From an uncultured Methanomassiliicoccales archaeon (GTDB taxonomy: Archaea; Thermoplasmatota; Thermoplasmata; Methanomassiliicoccales; Methanomethylophilaceae): DNA of 64,000 bases. Shown here in pieces: positions 27,636 through 37,853 of the stretch (positions are counted from its first letter, which is position 1; each line of letters opens with the position of its first letter). The translations under genes were made by a program, and so were the position numbers. Below the pieces are notes generated by a model. It had not been told where the DNA came from, did no database searches, and saw only the letters and a program-made list of their open reading frames with translations. The stretch lies in contig CAKUXX010000006.1 in the NCBI GenBank assembly GCA_934702355.1, forward strand, positions 73,776 to 137,775, given 5' to 3'.

Positions 27636-28638
27636 TGATGTTCATCCTGTGTCCGCAGGACCCGCATCTGTCCCCGTCCAGACACACGATGTCCACCAGG
27701 TATCCGAGGCGCTTGATCACAGGCGTCCCGCATTCGGGACAGAACGTGTCGTCGGCCTCCTCTGTCATCGTATTGCCTACGTAGACATAGTCGAGTCCGC
27801 ATTCGATGCCTATCTCGCGGCATCTCAGCACGGTCTCGAGAGGTGTCCATTGAACATCGGTCATCTGGTTGTCGGGATGGAATCTGGTGAAATGCACGGG
27901 GACATCCTCGCCCAGGTCGTCCCTCACCCATTCGCAGAACTGCCTGACCTCGTCCTCGGAGTCATTGAACTCCGGGATCACGAGATATGTGAGCTCCAGA
28001 TGCACGCCCTGCTCCACAACGATCCTGGCGGATTCCTGAACGTCGGCCAGATGGGCCCCGCAGACCTGCATGTAGAATTCGTCCGTGAACCCCTTGATGT
28101 CGATGTTCATGGCGTCTGTGAGTTTGCACAGCTCGATCAGAGGCTCCCTGCTCACGAGTCCGTTGGTTATCAGGAGCAGATCCAGGTCGGGATCCGCCTC
28201 CATGACGTCCATGATGTACTCAAACCAGATCACCGGCTCGTTGTAGGTGAATGCGATGGTGCTCTTGCCCTCGCTCCTGCACAGGCACGCGATCTCCTCG
28301 GGGGACTTGTATGTGGTGCGCTTCTTCCCGAACGAGAGCATGGAGATGGCATAGTTCTGGCAGTGCCTGCATGACATGTTGCATCCGATGCTCCCGACGG
28401 AGAAGCACCTGGAACCCGGCTTGTAGTGGTACAGCGGCTTCTTCTCGACGGGGTCGAGGCACAGCGACGAGACCTTCCCATAGGAGTATGCCACGAGCAT
28501 GTCGTCGTCGCCTCTGCGCGCACCGCACCTTCCGTACTGTCCGGGGGCGATCCTGCATCCGTGGGGGCACAGGTCGCATATGTACACGTCGCCGTCGCGA
28601 TGGTAGTATCTCGCTTCGACGCGCTCAGTATTCGCCAT
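27628..28638 (-). CDS. AmmeMemoRadiSam-system radical SAM enzyme (PflA-like)
   Basis: N-terminal CDLCPHGC..GRCGAR and the canonical GCNMSCRHCQN radical SAM motif. 336 aa. Confidence 0.85.
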   Translation of the reverse strand: MANTERVEARYYHRDGDVYICDLCPHGCRIAPGQYGRCGARRGDDDMLVAYSYGKVSSLCLDPVEKKPLYHYKPGSRCFSVGSIGCNMSCRHCQNYAISMLSFGKKRTTYKSPEEIACLCRSEGKSTIAFTYNEPVIWFEYIMDVMEADPDLDLLLITNGLVSREPLIELCKLTDAMNIDIKGFTDEFYMQVCGAHLADVQESARIVVEQGVHLELTYLVIPEFNDSEDEVRQFCEWVRDDLGEDVPVHFTRFHPDNQMTDVQWTPLETVLRCREIGIECGLDYVYVGNTMTEEADDTFCPECGTPVIKRLGYLVDIVCLDGDRCGSCGHRMNIIR

Positions 28639-29569
28639 AGGGTATCACGGTCCTGGATCCGTTGTCTGTGAGTTCGGGCTTGCCGGAATCGTTCACCATG
28701 CCGATTATGGAGAACTCCACCTCGGCGTCGTACAGTCTGTCCAATCTGTCCCTGTCTGCGGTGAACAGCAGTTCGTACTCCCCGCCCCATCCGAGCAGGA
28801 GGTCCTTCGCAGGCTTCCCGGAAAGCTCCGCCATCTCGTCTACCCACGGTCCGCGGGGGATGAAGTCCAGTTCGATGTCCATTCCGACCCCGGAAGACGA
28901 GCATATGGTGTTCAGAGCCGTCCCCAGACCGTCGGACAGGTCCATGCACGACGTCACCGCACCGCACCCGGCCATGGCGGATCCCTCCGCCACACGTGGA
29001 ATCGGTACATACAGTGATTCCTTCGCCTCTTCGGCATCGACGCCGTTCTCCAAGGCAATGAATGCCGCAGCGGGGGAACCAAGCGGGCCTGTGACGGCGA
29101 CGACGTCGCCGACCTTCGCTCCGGATCTGAGCATCGGAGGCCTTCCGTCCATGGTGCCGAGGGCGGTCCCGCATACGATCCCGGGTCCGACCTTCGTGTC
29201 CCCTCCGGCGATGCCCGTGCCGCAGAACTCGCAGCACTGGTCTATCCCGCTCATTATGTCATAGGCCGCCTGGGAGTCGAGGTCCGCCGGAAGTGCGAGG
29301 GATGCTATGAAACCCGTCGGTCTGGCGCCCATCGCCGCAAGGTCGCTGAAGCTGACCGCGGCCGAATACCAGCCGAACTGCTCGTACGTCATGCCTGCGG
29401 GGAAATGCCTGTCGAAGGACACGATGTCCGACGTCACGACCGTCCCGTCCCTCAGGACGGCGGCGTCATCTCCGGGTCCGACGATACCTTCCGGGTGGAT
29501 GAAACTGCGGAAATCCTCTATCAGCTTCCTCTCCCCGATGTCTCCGATTATGGCCATCGGGATGACCAT
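28625..29569 (-). CDS. thiL: Thiamine-monophosphate kinase
   Basis: IGERKLIEDF..GPGDDAAVL..TSDIV..SFSDLAAMGARP, AIR-synthase-related fold. Overlaps the downstream radical SAM gene by 14 nt. Confidence 0.85.
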   Translation of the reverse strand: MVIPMAIIGDIGERKLIEDFRSFIHPEGIVGPGDDAAVLRDGTVVTSDIVSFDRHFPAGMTYEQFGWYSAAVSFSDLAAMGARPTGFIASLALPADLDSQAAYDIMSGIDQCCEFCGTGIAGGDTKVGPGIVCGTALGTMDGRPPMLRSGAKVGDVVAVTGPLGSPAAAFIALENGVDAEEAKESLYVPIPRVAEGSAMAGCGAVTSCMDLSDGLGTALNTICSSSGVGMDIELDFIPRGPWVDEMAELSGKPAKDLLLGWGGEYELLFTADRDRLDRLYDAEVEFSIIGMVNDSGKPELTDNGSRTVIPYGEY

Positions 29570-29651
29570 CGTCGGGGAGACTAAAAACTATTGTCTGGGA
29601 AACACTGTCCGTCCATGACCAATACTTTAAACCAGGCAGTCGATTCTAATT

Positions 29652-30269
29652 ATGATGGACAGGATTATTTCCGTTACAGGCGAAGGTTCGGCATCCGCCG
29701 CACCCGACGCGATCATGATCACAGGTGAGTTTTCGGAAGTGTTCCAGACCTACGGGGAGGCTGTGAACGCATCCGCGGATGCGCTGTCATCCCTCAGGAA
29801 GGCCATCGGGAACGCGGGGTTCGATATGAACGACCTCCGCACCGCCAGCCTGTCCGTCGATCCGGAGTACAGGTCGGATTCCAAGGGGAACATAGCGTTC
29901 TCCGGTTACCGCTTCTCCCACAGGCTCTCCATAGTCGAAGACTCCGATCCGGAGACAGTCGGGAAGATACTTTCGGCACTCATAGAATGCGAAGGCTCCC
30001 CTCAGTTCAGAGTGGAGTACATCATGCGCGACGATTCGGCCGTCAGGTCCGAGGCGCGCAAGGACGCTGTGAGGGATGCGAAGCACAAGGCCAGGGAGCT
30101 GGCCGACGCCATCGGGATGAAGCTGGGGGGCATCGTCTCCGTCAGCTACGGCCCCGACGGTTCGTTCGGAGGCCCCTCCATGAGGATGATGACCTGCATG
30201 AACGTGGACGCGGTCCCGAAGGACCTGGAGTTCACGGACACGGTCACCATCCAGTGGACGTTGGTCTGA
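29652..30269 (+). CDS. SIMPL (DUF541) domain protein
   Basis: ISVTGEGSASAAPD.. start and ..ARKDAVRDAKHKARELADAIG.. are typical of SIMPL/26-kDa periplasmic antigen-like proteins. Confidence 0.8.
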   Translation: MMDRIISVTGEGSASAAPDAIMITGEFSEVFQTYGEAVNASADALSSLRKAIGNAGFDMNDLRTASLSVDPEYRSDSKGNIAFSGYRFSHRLSIVEDSDPETVGKILSALIECEGSPQFRVEYIMRDDSAVRSEARKDAVRDAKHKARELADAIGMKLGGIVSVSYGPDGSFGGPSMRMMTCMNVDAVPKDLEFTDTVTIQWTLV

Positions 30270-30282
30270 GGAGGTGGGTTCG

Positions 30283-31584
30283 ATGTACTGTATGAAGTGC
30301 GGTTCTCTTATGGAGCCCGGAGCGAATTTCTGCACGGCATGCGGAGCGAGGGCGTTCGACAGCGAGGCCCCCGAACGCGAATTCCTGGGAATTTATTCTT
30401 CCGAAGGGCCGATCCCGGAGGCGAAGCCCCGGAGCGAAGGATTCGGCCGCAGCGCGAAGAGGTTCGCCGTCATGTCCCTGGCGGTCATGCTCCTTGTGCT
30501 GGTCATAGCATCGTCGTTCACTCCGCCCGCAGAGGACACTCCGGAGCGCAGCTACACGCTGGGAAGCATAACGGTCTACGGCGATCTCTATTCGGATGAC
30601 ATAATCGTCCTGGATTCGCCGCGTGCCACGATGACATACACAGGCGAAGGCGGGGACATCTACTGGAAGTACAAGACACTGTCCGACACGGCCCTGGTCT
30701 ACGACAAGATGACGGACAAGTACGTGTCGCGCGGTTACGATCTGTATTCGGGTTCCTCGTTGACATTCACCGAACCGGGCAACTACGAAGTCGCACTGAT
30801 CTCCGACGGCAAGACCCTCCATCTCGGAAGGGTGGTGCTGGACGGGACCGTGACCACCAACTACGAGTGGAAGCAGGTCCTCGACCGCAAGATCTACACA
30901 TACTCATTCCAGTTCTCATACGAGTTCTCTGATTACTACAAGTACGCCACGATGGACAACGTCGTCCGCCATTACAATGAATATCGTGACGACAACCGTT
31001 TCGTCGTCGTGGACGATACGATCCTCTCCCTGGAAGAGGCCCTTTCCGACGAGTACAAGCGCGTACGCGGATCGGGTGCATCCCTGAACGGCCATGATTA
31101 TGCGGATTATCTCCTGTCGTTCGTCCAATGCAACATCAGCTACCCGACCATGGTATCTCCGGGGCCGTTCAAGCAATACTATCTGGATAACAAGAACGGG
31201 GTCGGCGACTACTTCCTCAACGGTGTCGAGGAATACTGGGCGTTCCCTATGGAGACGCTGTACCTGGGGATGGGCGACTGCGAGGACACATCGTTCCTCA
31301 CATGCGCACTGTTCTCTGCCGCAGGCTACAGGTCCGCATTGATATCAATCCCGAGCCACATGCTCTCCGCAGTCTCGGTCGATTCGCTTGCCAGCAATCC
31401 GAGTCCGTCGTATTACGCATCCGCGCCTCTCAAGCTGAAGGACGGCACCGTCATGTACTGCTGCGAGACGACATACAACGGCGCGGTCCCCGTGGGATAT
31501 TACAACAAGAGCAATTATTCCGCGATCATGAGCGTCACCACTGTGGATGTCGTGGAGCCCTATGAAAGGGGGCAGACCTACTGA
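30283..31584 (+). CDS. Zinc-ribbon / single-TM / transglutaminase-like (Cys protease fold) protein
   Basis: MYCMKCGSLMEPGANFCTACG, a TM helix (AVMSLAVMLLVLVIA), then an extracytoplasmic domain ending in YWAFPMETLYLGMGDCEDTSF..IPSHMLS. GGAGGTG lies 8 nt before ATG 30283. Confidence 0.7.
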   Translation: MYCMKCGSLMEPGANFCTACGARAFDSEAPEREFLGIYSSEGPIPEAKPRSEGFGRSAKRFAVMSLAVMLLVLVIASSFTPPAEDTPERSYTLGSITVYGDLYSDDIIVLDSPRATMTYTGEGGDIYWKYKTLSDTALVYDKMTDKYVSRGYDLYSGSSLTFTEPGNYEVALISDGKTLHLGRVVLDGTVTTNYEWKQVLDRKIYTYSFQFSYEFSDYYKYATMDNVVRHYNEYRDDNRFVVVDDTILSLEEALSDEYKRVRGSGASLNGHDYADYLLSFVQCNISYPTMVSPGPFKQYYLDNKNGVGDYFLNGVEEYWAFPMETLYLGMGDCEDTSFLTCALFSAAGYRSALISIPSHMLSAVSVDSLASNPSPSYYASAPLKLKDGTVMYCCETTYNGAVPVGYYNKSNYSAIMSVTTVDVVEPYERGQTY

Positions 31585-32744
31585 GCAAGGGCACCGCGGC
31601 CTGCATCGCACTGGCGTTGGTGCTGGTTTCCGCGGTGTTCGTTGGATTGCATTTTTCCAATGGAAATGGAGGGGGGTTGGATGAGTCCGGGGATAATCCG
31701 GTCATGGTCTTCGACTCCCTTCCGGATGGGATAACGGCGGATTACGACAATCTGTCCCTGATCTCCCCTGAGGCTGTGACGTGGACCGTGTTCGACGAGC
31801 TCCACATGTATTACAACACCAGTCAATACGGCAGCTTCACCGAAAGGTACACAGGTACCACTTACACGGGAGAGGTGCTCAGTCTGAAGCCGGGGATGTA
31901 CAGCATCACAGTGGGGGATTCCAAGTTCCTCGCAACCGTCTACGGACAGGTCGATCTCGAGAAGAGCTGGACATACAACCTCGACGGGAAGAATGTGAAT
32001 GCGTCCATATCGTACAGCATCCCGGTCTCGGAGCTGGTGTCCGAGTTCGCTTATGCGGACAGGCTGAACATGAATGACAATGCCCCCACTCCCAAATACC
32101 GCAGCGATTGCGTCTTCAAGGTCAGCACTTCGTATTCGTTCTCCGATCTGCCCAAGCTCGTGCGCATAGGCGATGTCGTATCCATGGTCGGAGACCGTCT
32201 GGTATAGGAGTATGTTCGCATCGGAGGCGACAGGACGGACAGCCAAGGCCTATTGGATTTCGTCGCGGGATTCATCCAGAAGGGGATACGCTATCCATCC
32301 ACGATATCCGACCGTTCATTCGACTACGGTATCCACGGAAGCGACGAGTACTGGGCAGTTCCCGTCCAGACGCTGTACCATCAGTACGGCGACTGCGAGG
32401 ACGATTCCGCATTGTTCTGCTCGTTGGCATCCTATCTCGGATTCGATGTCGCCATGGGCGGAAAGGCAGGACATGTGTTCGCAGGAGTGGTGTTGGAAGA
32501 TTTCACCGAGGTGTCGGAGCAGCGTCTGAGGGACCTCGGCGTCGGATACATGCGTCACATCAACGGAACGGACATCGAAGGGACATCGGGCAAGACATAT
32601 CAGGCCGTGGAGCTGATCAAAGGGCAGGCCCCGGTCGGCTATTCGATGAGCATCGATTTCGGTTCCAACACGCTGTGGGGGATCACGGGATTCTATCCGG
32701 CCGACCCTCAGGGAGAGGTGCTCGGGATCCACTCGCCCTCGTAA
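31562..32744 (+). pseudogene. Paralog of the preceding transglutaminase-like gene, interrupted by an in-frame TAG (32205-32207) and probably a 5' frameshift
   Basis: ORFs 31617-32207 and 32253-32744 share a frame and are separated only by TAG. The read-through product is colinear with 30283-31584. ATG 31562 is out of frame by one nt across a G5 run (31568-31572). The TAG could instead be decoded (see findings). Confidence 0.5.
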
Positions 32745-33541
32745 ACGGGCGCATCCGAGATCTCAATCCCATCACCGACGTCCAGGACCATGAGGTCTCT
32801 GCCGGCGATCGTCCTCACACCCGTTGCCTTCTCCACCATCGCGGCCTCGTTCTCGGGCCCGCGCCTAATAATGACCACTCCCAGGTGGATGAATATCGCA
32901 AGCTCGGGCCTGACCTTCTCGACGAAGGTGATCGCATCATCCGTGCACAGGTGGTACTTGATGCGGTTGCCCATGGGCGTGGTGACGGGGAGTATGAGCA
33001 CCCTGGACCCGACATACTGCTCCGCGATCTCGTCGGAATACGAGGTGTCGCTGACATACGAGACGATCCCGTGATCCGTATGGAACTTGAATCCTACATT
33101 GGTGGGGTCGCTGTGGTCCGCTTTGCAGATGTCCACCTTCATGCCGTCGACGTCCAGGACATCCCCCGGCTTGAACTCGGTCACAGAGGACAGGATGCGA
33201 AGGTGATAATCGGATATGCAGGGTCCCAATCCCCTCTCGCCGCTGATGACGGTCTTCGAACCATACAGTGAACCTTTCTTCACCCATCCCCCGCGGGTCA
33301 TGCCCTCGATCACGGATTCCGCATCCGAGTAATGGTCGGGGTGGCAGTGGGATACGATGAGCGACTCGGTCCTGGTGAGGTCGTACCTTATGCGGTGCAT
33401 CTGCACGAGCGCTCCGGGCCCCGGGTCCACATGGAGGAACCTTCCGTCATGTTCTATGAGCATACCGCCCGTCGAACGGACCTGATACATTGTGGTGTGA
33501 CGTCCGCCGCCGGTCCCTAGGAATGTTATACGGAAGCTCAT
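32708..33541 (-). CDS. MBL-fold metallo-hydrolase
   Basis: MSFRITFLGTGGG.., and SHCHPDHY as the HxHxDH motif. ATG at 33541. Confidence 0.8.
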   Translation of the reverse strand: MSFRITFLGTGGGRHTTMYQVRSTGGMLIEHDGRFLHVDPGPGALVQMHRIRYDLTRTESLIVSHCHPDHYSDAESVIEGMTRGGWVKKGSLYGSKTVISGERGLGPCISDYHLRILSSVTEFKPGDVLDVDGMKVDICKADHSDPTNVGFKFHTDHGIVSYVSDTSYSDEIAEQYVGSRVLILPVTTPMGNRIKYHLCTDDAITFVEKVRPELAIFIHLGVVIIRRGPENEAAMVEKATGVRTIAGRDLMVLDVGDGIEISDAPVYEGEWIPSTSP

Positions 33542-33700
33542 GGTCCCGTGAACGACGATGCCGTATATCCCAATTGTGAACACCGTTCCGAACAGTCCGC
33601 ACCATCAACAGAAGTGCGGACCTTCGGCGCATCCGCAAAGCCTCGGTATGCGGAAGGGGCCGTACCAACGCTTATCACCTCCTGGTAGAATCGGGGGGCC

Positions 33701-34990
33701 ATGATTACAGCGATCCGTAACGGATGGATCGTCACACAGGACGCATCCAGACGCATTCTGAAAGGGGATGTCGTCATTGACGGCGACAAGATCGTATCCG
33801 TCGGCCCGGCATACAACGGGACCGCCGACAGGGAGATCGACGCAACGGGCGACATCGTCATGCCTGGAATGATCAACACCCACACCCATGTCGCGATGTC
33901 GGTGATGAAAGGTGTCGTCGACGACCTCACATTCCCCGATTTCCTCGACAAGGTCTTCAAGATCGATTCCGACAGGACCGACGAGGACCTCGCGCTCGGA
34001 ACCAAGCTCGGCTGCATGGAGATGATGCGCGGCGGTACCACTACGTTCATGGACCTGTATTATTCCGAGGACGTCATCGCCAAGGCCACACAGGAGGCGG
34101 GCATCAGAGGAGTGCTGTGCTGGTGCGTCCTGGACGAGGAGTGCACCACACAGGTCGGAAACCCCCTGAAGAACTGCATGGCGTTCCATCAGAAGTTCAA
34201 GGACGAGAGGAAGATCGTCCCCGGAGTCGGACTCCAGGGAGTCTACGTGTGCAACGAGGAGACCTGTGTCGGAGCGAAGGAGTTCTCCGACAAGGTCGGG
34301 GCACCCATGAACTTCCACCTTTCCGAGACGCGCGGAGAGGTCAACGACCACAAGCGCAAGACCGGCATGCGCCCGGCCGAGTGGCTTTCCAACATCGGAG
34401 TGCTCGGCCCCAGGGGAGTCGCGGCGCACTCCGCCTGGCTGACCCTCAGGGAGGTCAGGCTCATGGGAGACGCAGGCATGTCGATCTCGTCCTGTCCCGT
34501 ATCGAACATGAAGCTTGCCACCGGCGGCGTCGCACCCGTTCCCGAATTCCAGAAGTACGGCGTCAACGTCTCCATCGGAACCGACGGAAACACGACCAAC
34601 AACACCTTCGACATGTTCGCCGAGATGAAGACGCTCGGACTCCTTCAGAAGTCCAGCCGCTGGGATCCCACCGTCACCACCGCCCAGGAGCTCCTGGACT
34701 TCGCCACCATCAACGGTGCGAAGGCCGTCGGAATGCAGGATTCCATCGGTTCCATCGAGCCCGGCAAGTTCGCCGATATCGTCATCCTGGACGGAAAGGC
34801 GCCCAACCTCAGACCTCTCCTTCCCGAGAACATGATCGCCAACATCGTCTACTCCGGCAACAGCCTGAACGTCAAGACTGTGTTCTGCCAGGGCGACATG
34901 GTCGTCGAGGACGGAAGGATCACGACCATCGACACAGATTCCGTGATTGCCCAGTCCGAGGATGCCTGGCGCAGCCTGTGCCTGAGATGA
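33701..34990 (+). CDS. mtaD: Amidohydrolase, 5-methylthioadenosine/S-adenosylhomocysteine deaminase-like (MtaD/DadD)
   Basis: VMPGMINTHTHVAMS, FHLSET and GTDG motifs. 429 aa. Confidence 0.8.
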   Translation: MITAIRNGWIVTQDASRRILKGDVVIDGDKIVSVGPAYNGTADREIDATGDIVMPGMINTHTHVAMSVMKGVVDDLTFPDFLDKVFKIDSDRTDEDLALGTKLGCMEMMRGGTTTFMDLYYSEDVIAKATQEAGIRGVLCWCVLDEECTTQVGNPLKNCMAFHQKFKDERKIVPGVGLQGVYVCNEETCVGAKEFSDKVGAPMNFHLSETRGEVNDHKRKTGMRPAEWLSNIGVLGPRGVAAHSAWLTLREVRLMGDAGMSISSCPVSNMKLATGGVAPVPEFQKYGVNVSIGTDGNTTNNTFDMFAEMKTLGLLQKSSRWDPTVTTAQELLDFATINGAKAVGMQDSIGSIEPGKFADIVILDGKAPNLRPLLPENMIANIVYSGNSLNVKTVFCQGDMVVEDGRITTIDTDSVIAQSEDAWRSLCLR

Positions 34991-34996
34991 TGCGTT

Positions 34997-35911
34997 ATGG
35001 ATGCGGTGTTCGAGAAGCCCGATTGGTCGACGATCCGCGAGAGCGGACGCATGGCCATGGACATGCACTTCCACACAAGCTGTTCGGATTCGTTCACGGA
35101 TGTGAATTCGGCGGTATCGCTGGCCGAGCAGCGGGGCATAGGCTTCGCGGTCACCGACCATAACCTCATTTCATCTCTCGTAAAACTCAAGGAGTGCGAG
35201 GTCTCCGTCCCCGTGATCCCGGGGATGGAGGTCAGCACCACCGACGGGCCACATGTGCTCGTCTATTTCTACGATCTCAAGGACCTGGAGCATTTCTGGT
35301 ATCATGAGATACGTCCGAGGCTGGGGGAATGCCCCTGGCTGGCCCTCAAGGACTGTCCGACAGAGAAGCTTCTGGACCTCCTCGAGGGCGAGAACTGCCT
35401 GATATCCGCTGCTCACCCCATGGGATACATGGGATCATGCAAAGGCGTCGAGATATGCATCCGCCGCGGCTTCCTGGACGAATCCGTAGCCGAACGTCTG
35501 GATGCCTATGAGGTCATATGCAGCGGGATGTCCCGCGAATCGAACCGCGGTGCATTGGATGCCGCAGACAGATACGGACTCGGATTCACGGGAGGCTCCG
35601 ACGGTCACACTCTCGGAGAGCTCGGACGTGTTGTCACAGTTTCTGACGCCCACGATGTGGATTCCTTCCTGGATTCCATCAAGCATCACAGCAACGACGT
35701 GATCGGTCTTGAGAAGACCGTCCCCCGCAAGGTGCAGATGGCCTCTGCCTCGCTGGCGAACTTCATGCTCCACTCGCCTTCCGCCCTGCGCGTGCAGACG
35801 AGGCAGACCGTCAGATCCGCGGACCGTTCTGCCAGGAAAGCTGCCGCGAATATCAGGGCCGGCACGGACCGTATAATAAACGGATTCGAGAACCAGATCC
35901 GCAGGCGCTGA
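34997..35911 (+). CDS. PHP domain phosphoesterase
   Basis: MDMHFHTSCSDS (HxH), VTDHN, AAHP, GGSDGH. Confidence 0.75.
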   Translation: MDAVFEKPDWSTIRESGRMAMDMHFHTSCSDSFTDVNSAVSLAEQRGIGFAVTDHNLISSLVKLKECEVSVPVIPGMEVSTTDGPHVLVYFYDLKDLEHFWYHEIRPRLGECPWLALKDCPTEKLLDLLEGENCLISAAHPMGYMGSCKGVEICIRRGFLDESVAERLDAYEVICSGMSRESNRGALDAADRYGLGFTGGSDGHTLGELGRVVTVSDAHDVDSFLDSIKHHSNDVIGLEKTVPRKVQMASASLANFMLHSPSALRVQTRQTVRSADRSARKAAANIRAGTDRIINGFENQIRRR

Positions 35912-35913
35912 GA

Positions 35914-37662
35914 TCATTCCTCTTCGGAATCGTCATCCTGTGCGCTCACTGGACGGGCTTTGAACTTCTTGACGTACACCGCCAGCATGATCAGTCCCGC
36001 GATCGTGAGGACCACGAGGTGCTGCCAGAGCCCCAGATAGTTGGGGACCAGGATGATTATGAGCGAGTCTATCAGCAGGACCATCATGTACGTGTTGAGG
36101 TCCAGGAACTTCTGGTAGATCTCCATCGGCTCGCTCTTGGAACCCTCTCTGTTCGCGATGTGACGCGCACCGGTTATGACCAGCTCATCAAGGAACTTGA
36201 CGTTGTTCACCAGGTGGTAGATCGGGATCGAAAGCAGCAAGAAGTTGGCGATCAGCATCATGATGCCCCACATCAGGGTGTCGCCGCCGAAGCTCTCGGT
36301 GAGCCAATTGACCGCAGGCTCGATACCGAAGAAGAACACCATCTCGATGAGTATGATGGTCAGGATGTTGAAGTACGAGTGCGTCATGCTCCTGCGCATG
36401 GTCTTCTGAGACTTCTTGGACGTCGCCTCGAGACGCACATAGGTCATGTCCCTGGCGTTGTTCAGCTTGCAGGCCATGTTGTAGATCGGTTTGGGGCACT
36501 TCGATATCGCGGCATCCCACATCTCCGGTGCGAACCTCGTGAGAAGCGGCAGCACGACCATCGAGACCAGTGCCGCTCCGACGACGGATGTGTAGTAGGC
36601 ATCGTCGATGACGTTGTGGTTCAGAGCCTCCGCGGCTATGATGAATGCGAACTCACCCATCGCGACAAGTCCCGTGGCAGAGAGGAATCCGTTGCGTCCG
36701 GACTCTCCTCCCACCCAGTAGGCCAGGAAGACGGTGGATGTCTTCAGCACTGCGAACAGGATGTAGAAGATGAAGATCATCCAGAGGTTGTCCACCAGCG
36801 TGGCCACTTGGATCTTCATACCGATCGATATGAAGAAGACGGCCATAAACAGGTCCCTCATGGGTTCGATCCTGTGGTTGATCTCCTTGCTCTTCCTGCT
36901 CGCGGATATCATCATACCCATCAGGAAAGCACCGATGGCCATGGACAGTCCGATGTAGATCGAGAGCAGCGCCATGCCGAACGCGAGTCCGACCGAGAAC
37001 ACGGTGAGGATCTCGTCCGAGACGTTGTCCGAAACCCAGTTGATCATCCTCGGGATCAGCTTGAGACCGACCACCAGGCTGACGATCATGAATATGAGGA
37101 TGCTCGAGATCATCACGATGAGCTCGTTTACGTTCATGTTCGCTCCCGCGATGATCGGGGTGATCATGGACAGGATGATAACTTGGCCTATATCCTCCAT
37201 GATGGTGATCAGGACGAGCATCTCGATGTGGTCCTTGTCCAGACGGTTCTGAGACTTCAGGACGGCCATGACGACCGCGGTACTGGAACCGGATATGATC
37301 GCACCCAGACAGATGCACTGGACGCTGTCGAATCCGAGGATGGATCCTCCGATGACTCCTCCCAGGACCATCAGCGGCAGTTGTATCACCGCCACCTCGA
37401 TTGCGAACAATCCCTGCTTACGGATCTTCTTCAGATTGATCTCCAGTCCGATACAGAACATCAGCATGACCAATCCGATATCGGACAGTATCGCGACGAC
37501 CTCTTTGCTGGAGTCGGTGACCGTCCACACGTTGGCGATGATGATACCAGCCACGATGTATCCGATGAGCGGTGGAAGCTTGATGCGGTTGAATATGATG
37601 GAACATACCGCTGCGAGCAGAGTGAAAAGCGCTAGACTCGTCAGTAGCACCATCTCTTCCAT
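35914..37662 (-). CDS. Cation:proton antiporter (CPA2/Kef-type)
   Basis: 582 aa, about 13 TM helices. N-terminus LPPLIGYIVAGIIIANVW is typical of the Na_H_Exchanger family. Confidence 0.85.
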   Translation of the reverse strand: MEEMVLLTSLALFTLLAAVCSIIFNRIKLPPLIGYIVAGIIIANVWTVTDSSKEVVAILSDIGLVMLMFCIGLEINLKKIRKQGLFAIEVAVIQLPLMVLGGVIGGSILGFDSVQCICLGAIISGSSTAVVMAVLKSQNRLDKDHIEMLVLITIMEDIGQVIILSMITPIIAGANMNVNELIVMISSILIFMIVSLVVGLKLIPRMINWVSDNVSDEILTVFSVGLAFGMALLSIYIGLSMAIGAFLMGMMISASRKSKEINHRIEPMRDLFMAVFFISIGMKIQVATLVDNLWMIFIFYILFAVLKTSTVFLAYWVGGESGRNGFLSATGLVAMGEFAFIIAAEALNHNVIDDAYYTSVVGAALVSMVVLPLLTRFAPEMWDAAISKCPKPIYNMACKLNNARDMTYVRLEATSKKSQKTMRRSMTHSYFNILTIILIEMVFFFGIEPAVNWLTESFGGDTLMWGIMMLIANFLLLSIPIYHLVNNVKFLDELVITGARHIANREGSKSEPMEIYQKFLDLNTYMMVLLIDSLIIILVPNYLGLWQHLVVLTIAGLIMLAVYVKKFKARPVSAQDDDSEEE

Positions 37663-37853
37663 TCAACCACCTTGAAAGGTTAACTGTGTTTAGGCTTATA
37701 TCCGTATCGGAAGCCTGGCACTATGGTGGTTCATGCATTATTCACAACTGTGACGGCATGGTTTCTTTTTATATAGGAATCAGTTGGAGAGCGGTCATTA
37801 TGTCGGATTGCGTATATAATGACCCAAATGGAACATCATGCGGATCCAGCGGT

